The notes below the pieces were generated by a model. It searched no databases. It saw nothing but the letters and a program-made list of their open reading frames with translations, and had not been told where the DNA came from. Shown piece by piece: positions 51,549 to 63,759 of a DNA stretch of 64,000 bases. The stretch is taken from contig NC_042997.1 in the NCBI RefSeq assembly GCF_006345805.1, forward strand, positions 155,372,001-155,436,000, in the 5' to 3' direction. This DNA comes from Octopus sinensis. Taxonomy: Eukaryota. The position numbers and the translations under genes were made by a program. Each line of letters opens with the position of its first letter. Positions within the stretch are counted from its first letter, which is position 1.

Positions 51549-52389
51549 CAGGATGTCCCAAAAGTCACTGATGGTTTTCAATTTTTAATAACTTCCTTAA
51601 ATTTGCAAATAAATGCATGAAATTTTGATACAATAATGGAAATTAATATGCAAATTTTGCAACATCACTACATCACATATGAAAAATGACATCGCTTAAA
51701 TGGCAGCCATTTTCAGCATCGCATGCCCGTATTCTTTCCTAAACTTGCACCTTAACACCCTTAAGAGTTTCAGACCTCACATCCCTGATTTCTCTATTAA
51801 TGTTCTCCTTCAGTTGCACCAGGGTCTCTGGGCTTTTGATGTAAACCCTCTCTTTCAGGTATTCCCACATGAAAAAATCCTAGTCAAGTCTGGGTAAAGT
51901 GAAGGCCAGTTGACATTGCTGCAGCAGATTATTCTTTCTCCAAAGCACTGCCTTAACAACTGCATTCTCTTCTGGTATGAGCAGTTGTCCTATCTTGCTG
52001 GAACCATGTGAGAGGTCTTCTTTGAATGGCCTTCACATTACCTAGACTCGACTAGCCTGGATTTTTTCATGTGGGGATACCTGAAAGAGAGTTTACGTCA
52101 ACAAACCGGAGACCCTGGTGCAATTGAAGGAGAACATCAATAGAGAAATCCAAAAGTGGTGCCTGAAACTCTTGGTGGGTGTTATGGTGTAAGTTTTAGA
52201 AAGAGCACAAGTGTGTGAAGCCAAAAATGGCTGCCATTTAAGCGATGTAGTGGTATGGCAAAATTTGACTTATGCATATTAATTTCCATTATGTCTTTTA
52301 TATTGTATCAAAACATTTCATGCATTTATTTGTAAAGTTACAGAAATTATTATAAACTGAAATCCATCAGTGAATATTGGGGCATCTTG
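51549..52389. mobile_element. Palindromic Tc1/mariner-superfamily derivative made of two transposon 3' ends
   Basis: TA on both flanks. Both arms carry the terminal repeat plus the transposase C-terminus (WPS..PDLT..DFFMWxYLKERVY..PETLVQLKENINREI) in opposite orientations. Confidence 0.85.
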
Positions 52390-53639
52390 TATCTGCACAG
52401 AAAGCAAGTCACAACATCCATATACAAAAGAATCATGACATTCACACAGAAAAGACAAATAAATTAAGTGTAGTCTTAGTTTGGATACACTGAATTTGAC
52501 TCCCCCCCCCCCACTTGTCTAATAGCTAGGTTGTAATGATAACTACATTAGGTAAACTTCATAAAAGGTTACAACTCCTTGTTATTTGCCAGTCTAAAGC
52601 TGTCCACTCCAATACTCTTATCCTATTTCACAGTGACTGGTAAAAAGTTTATTGCAGCAACATAGTAACATCTGGCCTATAATACATTGGAATTTCAAAT
52701 CAGTTGACCTTATATAGTAGCTACAAAAATGTTCACATTTTACTAAAACAAGCAAAGAGCAGTACACTGCTTCTTCCAGAGACTAATTAATTCTACCCTA
52801 TTAACTTAATACTCCAAGTATTATATTTATAGCGATGAGCTGAACAATAAAACGAAATGCAGCTACTATTGTGTAATACAAGTAACTGTAGTTGCTTCAG
52901 TTTATATTTTTGTATTCCCAGCCATTTCAGTAAATGCAGTGAGATACCAGCTCAAAAAGGTCTTGAGTTCAAAATCTTTTATGGATATTTTCATTGTGTA
53001 TTGAAATCCATATGCTTAAATTCTACATATCTCATATGATTTAATTTATGATTTCAGGTTCGAAACTAGAACCAAACACTTACCCTTAAAAATCCTCTTA
53101 AGGAAAAAGAGGAAGGGATCAAGAGACATTTGCAATAATTTTCCACAATTTAAAAAAAATTAAACTGAAAATGCTTTTCCAGGTCAGTATCTTATAGAGC
53201 AGATGGGAATTTTAGTTCTCAAACTTTGCCAGGTACCATGATGTAATAAACGGACTGCTAATTTTACTCTGTAAGTTACACAGAATTCCTCAGAGGAAAG
53301 AAACATTGAAAGCTCACCATACAGATCCAAGATAATTTTATTCATGAAAAGGAGTAATTAAATAATAACCTAATGTTTTCAAGACAGATGCTGGGGGGAA
53401 TCTATTCGAAAGATCCATGTAACACTGCATTTCATAACTAGCATTTCAAGTGAAATACATTGTTTAAATTGCTTTTGAAAATAACAAGAATTTGGAGGTA
53501 TTTATTAAAATAACTTAATTTATTAGTATATTAAGCTGGTGTTTGCAAAATGTAACTTCACTATATAAGTCTCTTACATAAAATGATGATTGAGAAGGTT
53601 TTAATTTAAGCCAGATTATTCCCTCAAATGTAACATACC

Positions 53640-53975
53640 TCTGCCTTCAGTCATGTTTGTCTGTTTGTGAACAAGATATCTCAAGAACCGCTAGATGGAT
53701 TTGGATGAAACGTTCAGAGATGTTTAGCTTCATGACTGGCATGGACTGATTAGATTTTGGGATCGATCTGGTACTGAACAAGGATTCTGGATTATTTTGC
53801 TTGTTTTTTTTTTAACTTAATTTTTGAAAGTGGTCAGGTTCATTTTCAGTATTCTCGTTTGTGAGAGCAGTCGAGTTTATTTCAGATATTCTCATTTTAA
53901 AAATCATCTCTGGCTAATCAGAGAGGACGCTGGTGTTGCCTTGGCAGAGGTTTGCGCTCTCTGAGTGCTCTTGTT
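53640..53975 (+). mobile_element. DINE/HINE-like element, second copy
   Basis: Homologous to 7745-8095 in the opposite orientation. Confidence 0.55.
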
Positions 53976-56900
53976 TACATGGTTTTGAATTAATCATAAC
54001 TTATCTCACAGCCCCCAGACTTCAATGATTTATGTATTTAAAATGACATTGTAGGGTAGGGGTGAGAGGCTGAATCTGGCTGGTTTGAACATAAAACAGG
54101 TAGAATATATGGGTCAGATATGGCCTGTTTAAGATAGTTTTGTATCTTAGAACCAGGAGAGTTATCAAGAGAGATGGCATCAAAAGGTCATTGAATACTC
54201 TTTGTTAGGAACCAAAAATTGCCAATAATAGCTAACTTTCATTTTTCTTTTGTAACTTATTCTTCAAGACTACATCACTTCTGAGTTTAATGAACCCATA
54301 CTGGCATCTGTGCTCATGGAACGTAAAAAACACCATTCAAACATGGCTGATGCCAGTGCCACCTGACTGGCTCCCATGCCGGTGGCACATAAAAAGCATC
54401 CACTACACTCTCGGAGTGGTTGATATTAGGAAGGGCATCTAAGATGTAGAAACCTTGCCAAATCAGATTGGAGCCTGGTGCAGCCTTCTGGCTTGCCAGT
54501 CCTCAGTCAAACTGTCCATCTACACATTTCAACCTTATCAAGTGTGTTATTAGTGCATGTGTACATATTTCCAGATTGGATTTGAACAACTGTTTCTAAA
54601 CTGAATGCAGGAGCGTTCTTATCCACTAAGTCATTGACACATGTGCACCCTCTATCATAGGTGAGGTGTCAGCTGGACGGTTACACACAATCACATAGGT
54701 TTGTCTCGTGATAAGCTGCACATAACATGAACCTGAGTAGCGATGGAATGTTAATCATCAGCTTCCAAAAAATACTAATAAACACAACAATATACATAAA
54801 GTACTCTTCCTATTGTTCGAGTGCTTTTATATAACACGCGGACCCACACATGCACTATTGTTTAAAAGCAAACCTACAGGTACATATATGCATGATTCAT
54901 CCATTCATTTATTTAACTATCCTTTAAAACTGAAAATAAACAATCCGCTTTACTAAATATACAATTTAGCCATACTGTGAAGACTAAAAAAAGTAAAAAA
55001 TTGTTACAACATAAGTTATATCTCTGGTTAGTTTCAGGCTTTGTTAAATCTTTACCCCATCATCTGTCGCTTTTAGCAACTTATATTCAATACAACTTTG
55101 CTTATTTCTCAGTGAGGCCGTCAACAAACAAACAAAAATGTATACCTTACATTTCAAATTATCCAAGAAAATGTTATACATGTACAAAAACACATTAGCC
55201 TAACTCTAAATTTATAATTACGGCGAGGCAGCTGGTAAATTGTATGATAAAATTGTTTTCTTTTGACAAGAGTAAAAGATTTCGAATATCCCAGAGTTTA
55301 AGCTCCGTAACAAAACTTTCAGGATGGAAAATAAAGTTGGTCGATTCCTTTCACATGAAAAACAAACATACCTTGTTTTAAAAAAAGTTACGAAGAAACG
55401 ATGTACCGGAGGAATGCATGCACAAAAGAATTGATCGAATTAGCTTGCATTTTGAGAACGTTTTGTTTTGGAGCGTAACATTCCGGAATACAAGAAAAAA
55501 TTACTAGTATGGTTTGATTCCACATTTAGAAGTACGGTGAGAAGCTTGCTTCCCAACCACATGGTTCCGGATTTAGTCCCACTGCGTGACACCTTGAGGC
55601 TACTATAGCCTCGAGCCGACCAAAGCCTTGTAAGTGGATTTGGTAGACGGAAACTGAAAGAAATCCGTCGTATATATGTATACATGTGTGTATGTCTTTG
55701 TTCTCCACTACCACCGCTTGACAACTGGTGTTGGTGTGTTTACCTCCGCATGACTTAGCGATTCGACAAAAAAGGATCGGTAGACTAAGTACCAGGCCTA
55801 AGTCCTGGGGTCGATTTTGTTCAACTAAAACAATTCAAGGCGATGGTGCAACATAGCCGCAGTCAAATGACTGAAACAAGATAAACGGTTTAATAGGCCT
55901 CAAAATATCAAGTATATTTGCAAAGCCTGTTTCATCATAGCTAAAAACATGCTGCAATAACAAGAAAATAAGAGAAAGAAAAAGCTGGTGATGGGATAAG
56001 AGAAAATAGAAAGGGTGAGGAGAAAGTGGATGTGATAAGACATTTAGAAGTTAAATACACCGCAAGGAAGAAAAAACGAGGGAGGGAGGAAGTATACAAA
56101 AAAAGAGGAAGATTACACAAATCGTTTAGAGAGGAGAAAGAAAGATTGTGAAAGAAGAAAGACAAAGAAAAAAGAATAGTGAAATGATTTTTCCCACCCT
56201 ACAGAAAGCTGAATGAAATTTAACAATTCAAGCTACTCCTCAAAAGTTGAATTTTTTTTTTTAACCCATAAAAGCTAGAAAGTTACTACTATTGCTACTA
56301 CTAATATTTAACACAGCTACTATTATGGTTGTTGTTAACTGCTTACATAAAATAATAAAACACATCCTACGTAAAAGAGTGAAGGTGGGGAGAGATAGAC
56401 AGAAGGAAAAAAAAAAATTATAAGAGATCGAAACACTGAGGTGGGAAGAGTGCGAGCATGTTAGTGTGTTTTACGTACGAAAATTCCAGTTGCTAATGAA
56501 TTTAAGCTTTCTCCTTAAGACTTTTGAAAGTATATCCCTGGTACATTTTTTCTAAGGCACTAAATCAACTGCCTGTAAAAGGTTATAAGGAGCGAAGATA
56601 GATCAGACAGATCTACCCGAAAAATTAAGACAAAAAAACACAAGAGGAAGTTTCGGAAGAAGTTCCATACCTCGTGGTAAAAAGGAAAACTAATGATTTT
56701 TGTCATTTTTTTTTTATTATTCCTGTGTTTCATACAACGGAATTTACAAACCTGACCCCCCACCTCCACTATTATATTTTTCATTTTTGTCCCATCCCCT
56801 ATTCCTTCTGTAACCGGTGGAATGGAATTCTGCTTCAAGCACCTCTCATAACTATTTTTAGAAAATTTTTGCGAATTTGTATTCCTTTCCCAGGAGGCCT

Positions 56901-57543
56901 GGGATTCCTAATCAAAATACGCCAAACATAGAGCAGTCACCAACAGTGTTCCAGCATGTTCTTGGTTGTAGTGACTAAACTGAACTAAAACAACTGGCTG
57001 TGTGAATGGAAGTCTGTGTCTGTGAATGAGTACACATGTATTATCACTAGGGGCAACAGTTGGTTGAAAGGCTGTCAGTTTGTGTTCGGAAGTCGGCTCA
57101 GAGATTTCAACTCAATCCGGCTAACCTACCCACTCGTAAATACAAATTGCTGATGTAGCATTAATAGTATCGTAAACATTTACTTATTTCCTATCCGAAC
57201 GAGTGAAGAATTTATATGATCGCTCAAGCGAATAACAATAACCAAATCACCTTAAAATCACTTCGTACCATTTTCATCTCTATAAAAGCTGAGAGATCAT
57301 CCGAAAGTAAGTTTGCTCGATAATAGTTAACCTGGAACTATACATCATTTTCTTCCTTCACTCAGAGACGAAAAAAGACAAGAGCTGAAATATTAAATTC
57401 TATACCCCTCAGCAAAACAACTGTTTCTTTAGTTTTCGAGTGTAACCAGTGATTGAAGTCTCTTGGGAACTGCTAATTAGAATTGCAATAGAAGATACAA
57501 AAGGTAAGATGTGCTACAAAATCAATGGAAATAATATACTAAC

Positions 57544-57685
57544 CTTTTAAGTATAGCATAAAATCCTTGTTGCTATGGCTGTAACTTATCATTAAATCAC
57601 GGCTGACTGGACGTATTGTAATTGGAGGGTGTTGAGATTTTTCTTTTCTGTACACAGGAGGACAACGGGATATTTTATGTCCCAT
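57544..57685 (-). CDS. TIR/EF-hand-like/HEAT protein exon 1 (142 nt), MGHKISRCPPVYRKEKSQHPPITIRPVSRDLMISYSHSNKDFMLYLK
   Basis: ATG directly follows a TTTTTATTTAG acceptor whose TAG is an in-frame stop. DLMISYSH is TIR beta-A. GTTAGT donor, phase 1. Confidence 0.85.
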
Positions 57686-58759
57686 CTAAATAAAAAGATT
57701 TTTTAAAGAGAAAAAAAAAATTGTGATTATCAAGTAAAAAAAAAAAAAAGACTTGACAGAAAAAGAAAATTTCCTGAATGACTGGAAGAACGGGAAATAA
57801 GGTTAGACATACAGGAAGAGAAAAAGAAAAGAGGAAAGAGGAAAGAAAAATATAGGAAGAGAAGAAAAGTTACACAAAAGAAGATAAGTTTTCTGTTTTC
57901 AAAATTTGGGATTCTCACTGAGAATAAGACTAATTACAAACATCGAAAGATTAAACACAAGTTTATAATGTAGAAAAAGTGATTATTATAATGTTATTGA
58001 AACTTAAAAAGTACTTTTAAAACTAAAATCAAGCTTTCCTTTTAATCGATGTTGACTATCTTTCATTTTTTCGGGGCTGATAAAATAAATCAACAATTAG
58101 GGGTAAAATGACTAGAAGGAAATCATAAGTAAAAAAAAAAAATTCATACTTTTTGTGCGTGTATACTCAGTAGATGACAAGCAGAATAACTGGGAAAATA
58201 CAATCGGGTTTTAAATAGAGAGAAAGTTTAAATAGAGAGAAAGTTTTGTGCCACCTACGCACAAAATTAAAATATGTGGCCAATGGTAAGTGGCCGGAAG
58301 CAGTAAGATAAACAAAAGGAAAGAACAACAAAAATGATAATGAACTAAGGTCGTCTATTGGACTAGAAAGTTGCGAGTTTTTCTACCTTACTATTTAAGT
58401 TTTATTGTCACGCCTTTATTGACAGCGATCCATTTTTACACTCGTCCATACGTCCAGCCACCTACGCATTCAGAAGAGCCCCCCACTACAGAGGAAACCC
58501 ACATTAAATGAACAACATCCAAGTACATTGTTCAGCAAATATGCGGTATTTGTGGGGGAATAATAATTCTTTCTGTTGCAGGCACAAGTTCTGAAATTAT
58601 GGGGTAGGAGGTTAGTCGGTTTGATCAACTCCAGTGCTTGACTGTTACTTGTTTTATCGAACGCAAAATGATGAACGGCAAAGTGGACCTCGGCAGAATT
58701 TGAACTCAGAATGTAAAGACGGACAAAATGCCACTAAGCATTTTAACCGGCATGCTACT

Positions 58760-58975
58760 GGCAGAAACGTTAGCAGGCCGGGCGAAATGCGTAGCCGTAT
58801 TTCGTCTGCCGTTACGTTGTGAGTTTCAAATTCCGCCGAGGTCGACTTTGCCTTTCATCCTTTCGGGGTCGATAAATTAAGTACCAGTTACGCACTGGGT
58901 CGATATAATCGACTTAATACTTCGTCCTTATTTGTCCCCTCTATGTTTAGCCCCTTGTGGGTAATAAAGAAATAT
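58760..58975 (+). mobile_element. SINE family B
   Basis: Same consensus; other copies at ~8715-8955(-), 10980-11215(+), 18457-18675(+), 48580-48945(-) and 58560-58755(-). Confidence 0.85.
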
Positions 58976-59534
58976 ATAATTTAGGCACAAAGCCCACGAT
59001 TTTTAGAGAATGAGGTGGGAGGGGGGGTCGATGTCATTAGGCCCAGTACTCGACTGGTACTGTACATTATCGAATCCTGGAAAGATTAAAAGGCAACACT
59101 GACACCGGCGTGATTTGAACTCAGAACGCACAGCCGAGCACGAGATTTTCCCCGACGGACGTACAATTCTGCCAATCCATTACCTCTAAGTAATCCTTCC
59201 TATAACAGGCACACGGAGGGGAATCGTCGACTACATCGACCCCAATGCACAACCAGTGGCGAAGCTAATTTAAGGGTACCGTTTAAAAAATGAATAATCA
59301 ATAAGTTAAAAATTGTTTGGTATGTGTCACGACACCTGTTCTCTTTATGTGCTCGCTCTCCATAACTTTAGAACCTGGTTAAGCCTTCATCGCCATCTTT
59401 TATCTCTTACTTAGTTTCATTCATCAGTCTGCGGCCACGCTAGGGCACCACCTTGAAGAATTTTAGTACTTTTTAAGCCTTATTCTATCGTCTCTTACAC
59501 CGAACCGCTAAGTTACGGGGACGTAAACACACAC

Positions 59535-59579
<45 letters not shown>

Positions 59580-60499
59580 TAGCGTAGCTAGAGTGTGTGT
59601 CACCCGGGGCGGACTGCCCTCACCCCCAGCTGCACAAGGGTGTGTGTGCATGTGTATATATATATATATTCTTTTATTTGTTTGTCATTTGACTGCGGCC
59701 GTGCTGGAGCACCATCTTTAGTCGAACAAATCGACCCCAGGACTTATTCTTTGTAAGCCTTAGTACTTATTCTATCGGTCTTTTTTGCTGAACCGCTAAG
59801 TTGCGGGGACGTAAACACACCAGCATCAGTTGTCAAGCGACGGGGGAACAAACACAAGCAAACAAACATATATATATATATATATATACGACGGGCTTCT
59901 TTCAGTTTCCGCCTACCAAATCTACTCACAAGGTTTTGGCCGGCCGAGGCTATAAGAAGATGCCCAAGGTGCCACGCAGTAGAACCGAACCCGGAACCAT
60001 ATAGTTGGGAAGCAAGCTACTTACCACACAGTCAGTTAAGCTAGTATTATATATATATATATATATATATATTTCATCTACCAGATCAGTTCACAAGGCT
60101 TTGGTCGGCCCGATGACATAGTAGAAGAAACTTGCCCAAGGTGCCACGCAGTGGGTCAGAACCCGGAAACATGTGACTGAGAAGCAAACTTCTTACCACA
60201 CAGCCACGCTATATACCTATAAATAATTATAAGCGCCAGAAGGCGACGAGTCGGCAGTACGCCGGGCAAAATGCTTAGCAGCATTTCGTCCGTTTGCACG
60301 TTTTGAGTTCAAATTCCCCCGAGGTCGATAAAATAAGTACTAGTTGAACATTGAGGTCAATGTAATCGACTTATCCCCTCGCTCGCCCACCCCAAATTGC
60401 TGGTTTTGTGCCAAAATTTGAAACAACTTCGGGAAAGAGTCTTCTAAGCATTGAGTCGACCAAAACCTTAAGTCGAAATTTTTCAGAAAGCCTTTAGAA

Positions 60500-60620
60500 G
60501 GACCGTTTCTGTTTTCGACTCGTAGGGCGATCCTTCGGTATAAGAACACACGTGGCTTTGTTTACATTTCTGAAGATAACAGAAACCCTTTTCTCCCACC
60601 CCTAACCGTAACCCTCGCCC

Positions 60621-60677
<57 letters not shown>

Positions 60678-61500
60678 ATATATATATAAAACACTTTCTT
60701 GAAATGTATACGGTACTTCCGGTACTTATACCGAAGTTACGCCGATGAGGCCTTTTCTGTTGCCACTCTCAGAGATCTTGAAAAGGTGTGGGTACTACCC
60801 AAACAGATAAAGACTTCTTTTTTTATGGCTTAAGGAAAAGCCGGACAAGAATGTCAGTTATGTCGAATATATCATTAATCAAAAGCAGAAAACCCGAGAG
60901 CGGAAGAAAAAAAAAGAATATCGCATACCTAGAAGATAAGTGGACACATTCCTGAAATTTTTACAGCAATGTTATCGAAGTCGATTTCTCATTTTCATTC
61001 AAACAATAGTTTGTTGAATATGAGCGGACTTCGGCGAGAGTTTAAAAAGAAGCACGAGAGTTTCAATCTGCGGAGTCGTGCTGTCGCTGTCTTACGAGCA
61101 CATTTCTCAAAATGTATTTGCTTAAAAGCGCGCGCGCACACACATAATAGTAATATAGTGAGCTGCAAAACTTAACTTTAGTTGACAGAAATTATCAACT
61201 GAGCGTCGGCAAAACTCACCTTTAAAGCGTTTAAAATATACATTCTGTCAACTTAGTTTATTGGGGGTTATCTCCAGTTGTTTGTTTTCAACTTGAAGTA
61301 TCTTTAAAAGCTTCAATTTACTCATTGTTGAAACACTTTATGCTATATATATATGGGACCCAAGTACTTGTATTTAGTGTAAAGTATGTGTCTCTGTGAG
61401 AGTGATTGTTCATATATAAGTGAAAATGGGCGAACGGAAACTGTGCAGAATTTCAAACGTTGCACTCTGTGACACGCTTGTTCTACCTGAGGATTCCGTT
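60500..61500 (-). promoter_or_regulatory. Candidate promoter and non-coding first exon of the TIR gene
   Basis: Largely non-repetitive, CpG-retaining sequence. Strong minus-strand donor AG|GTGAGT at 61220/61219, ACTTCCGG (ETS-like) at 60715 and CACGTG at 60549. The ATG exon needs an upstream exon. Inference only. Confidence 0.3.
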
Positions 61501-61633
61501 AAAGACACACCTGTCTGCGGAACATATAGTCACAGTCGTTCACATAGGAAGTAATTCAGTTAATCGGATACCTAAATATTCATTGTCAAAACCGTCGGAA
61601 ATACATTCACTTCATATGTTTATTGTGCGTGTA

Positions 61634-61860
61634 AGGCGGCGGAGCTGGCAGAATCGTTAGCACGCCGAGCGAAATGCGGTATTTCGTCTGCCGTTACGTT
61701 CTGAGTTCAAATTCCGCCGGGGTCAACTTTACCTTTCATCCTTTCGGGGTCGATAAATTAAGTACCAGTTACGCACTAGGGGCGATGTAATCGACTTAAC
61801 CCGTTTGTCTGTCCTTGTTTGTCCTCTCTGTGTTTAGCCCCTTGTGGGTAGTAAAGAAAT
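61634..61860 (+). mobile_element. tRNA-derived SINE, family B, CpG-intact copy
   Basis: AGGCGGCGGAGCTGGCAGAA...GAGTTCAAATTCC...CCTTTCATCCTTTCGGGGTCGATAAATTAAGTACCAG. The core resembles the MetaSINE central domain from memory (unverified). Confidence 0.85.
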
Positions 61861-61988
61861 AGATATTTATTGTGCGTGTATTTGTGTATAGTATTTCCTT
61901 AACAGTTACTAACCAAACAATAACAGACAAATTAGCAAGGCATACCTATACATGTGTACCTGCAACATTCGTCATAAAAATCGATATA

Positions 61989-63250
61989 CTGGGTCATCCC
62001 ATAAATAATGCGTTTTTTTTTTTTTAATTGCATGAACTAAAAGTCAGGGGTGGGGATAAACTACCCGCATCAACTTGCTATAGAAGCAGGCAGTTACTTT
62101 GTCCTTATTCTTGGTGCAAATTTTGAAGAGTGCAGTTCGATTTTAACAGTTATTTTTTCAAAGCTATAATGGAAGTGACAAAGAGCATATTCGGCGTTTT
62201 GTTTTATGAGTTCAATAAAGGCAACAGCACAACGGGAAGTGCGAGGAATATTAACGCTGTGTATGGGGATCGGACAATAAGCGTAAACCAGTGTCAAAGG
62301 TGGTTCCAGAAATTCCGAGCCGGAAACAACAGCCTAGAAAACGAGCCACGTCCTGAAAGATCTGTAGAGCTCGGCGAGCTCCTGCAAACCCTGCTGGAAC
62401 AAAATCCCATCGAAACTGTTGATGAACTAGCAGAGAAGCTTGTATTTGGTCATTCAACTATTCATCGACACCTGCGTGCCATTCGAAAAATCAGCAAATT
62501 GGATCAATGGATTCCTTAAACTTGCCGAATCTATTCGCACGGAGAGAGTGAATGTGTGCTCTTCTTTGCTCTCTTACGTCTCGCGAATGAACCTTTTTTT
62601 GAACCGAATAGTGACTGGTGATGAGAAATGGGTCTCTATAAAATGTCAAGTGCCGAAGACAATGGGTAGGGAAAGGAGAAACACCGGCACCCTAGGCTAA
62701 AGAAGGCCTTCACCCACGTAAGGTGTTGTTATCTGTTTGGTAGAATATGAAAGGTTTAATCCACTTTGAAATTTTAAACCCAAACCAAACGATAACACGG
62801 GAGATCTACTGCGAGTAGCTTGAGCGGCTTAAGTCTGCGCTAGAAGAAAAACAACCAACTTTACTTTCAAGACGAAAGGTGTTCTATCAGGACAACGCAC
62901 GGCCACATACAGCGAGGATGACATTCCAAAGGCTGGAGCAGTTTGATGGAAAACGATGCCCCACCCACCATAATCGCCGGACATTGACCCATCTGATTAC
63001 TATTTATTCCGCAATCTTCAAAATCATTTGGGCGGAAAAAATATGAATTTTGTAAACGAGGTCAGAATAGTTCTAGAGGAGTGTTTTTCGTTACGGACAA
63101 GCGAATTTTGGAAGAGGGGCCTTGCAAGTCTACCAGATAGATGAAAGGGCATTGAAGAAAATGGAAGGAGAGTATATTTTAGATTAAAAAAAAAAAGAAC
63201 TTTGTTTATTTTAATTTTGAAAAATAAAAGAAGTATATGGGATGACCCAA
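61989..63250 (+). mobile_element. Full-length (1262 bp) mariner DD34D transposon with inactivated transposase
   Basis: TIRs CTGGGTCATCCCATA / TATGGGATGACCCAA with TA on both sides. HTH ORF 62130..62519, IVTGDEKWV, FYQDNARPHTA and PP*SPDIDPSDYYLF (YSPDLAPSD with Tyr changed to stop), plus frameshifts. Confidence 0.95.
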
Positions 63251-63540
63251 TATTGTAATGGAATTTTCTACAATATACTTTTCAGATGGTGTAGATTGGA
63301 ATTGGTCCGGAAAACTTTTTTCCGAGGGTGGAGAGAGCAGTTTCGGTAAATTCACACGAGTCAGCTTTGTTTTCTCATAACTTTCAGAAAAAGGGTTTTT
63401 TAGTGAAATTTTCTACAAATATTTTTCAGCTGGTGTACATTACGATTATATTTAATATATACTTTATATATGTGTGTGTGTGTGTGTCTTCGTGGCCTCG
63501 CATACATGCATCCATATTGATACACATCACATATTTACAT

Positions 63541-63693
63541 CGATGGTACCCAACCCTTTTATTTAAATAAGTTTTCCAACGGACCCCTTTTAATATGCTT
63601 ATCCGTATATGAAATTTTGAATTTAGTTCACGGACCCCAGTACTACCTTCGCGGGCCACCAGAGGTCTGCAGACCCCAGGTTGGGAACCATTG
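63541..63693. mobile_element. hAT (Charlie-like) MITE
   Basis: TIRs CGATGGTACCCAACC / GGTTGGGAACCATTG. 8-bp TSD ATTTACAT / ATCTACAT (7 of 8 match). Confidence 0.75.
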
Positions 63694-63759
63694 ATCTACA
63701 TAATGAAATTTAAAATTTTGAAAAAAATTGTGATGTGTTAGTTGAAGGGTGAACCAAAC

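Noticed and set aside
56752-56907. 156-nt AG/GT-bounded open segment (ESQASWERN...IIVEVGGQ) in intron 1 of the TIR gene
   Set aside because: The open frame is phase 0, but intron 1 is phase 1; in that phase it hits TAA, and it has no recognisable homology.
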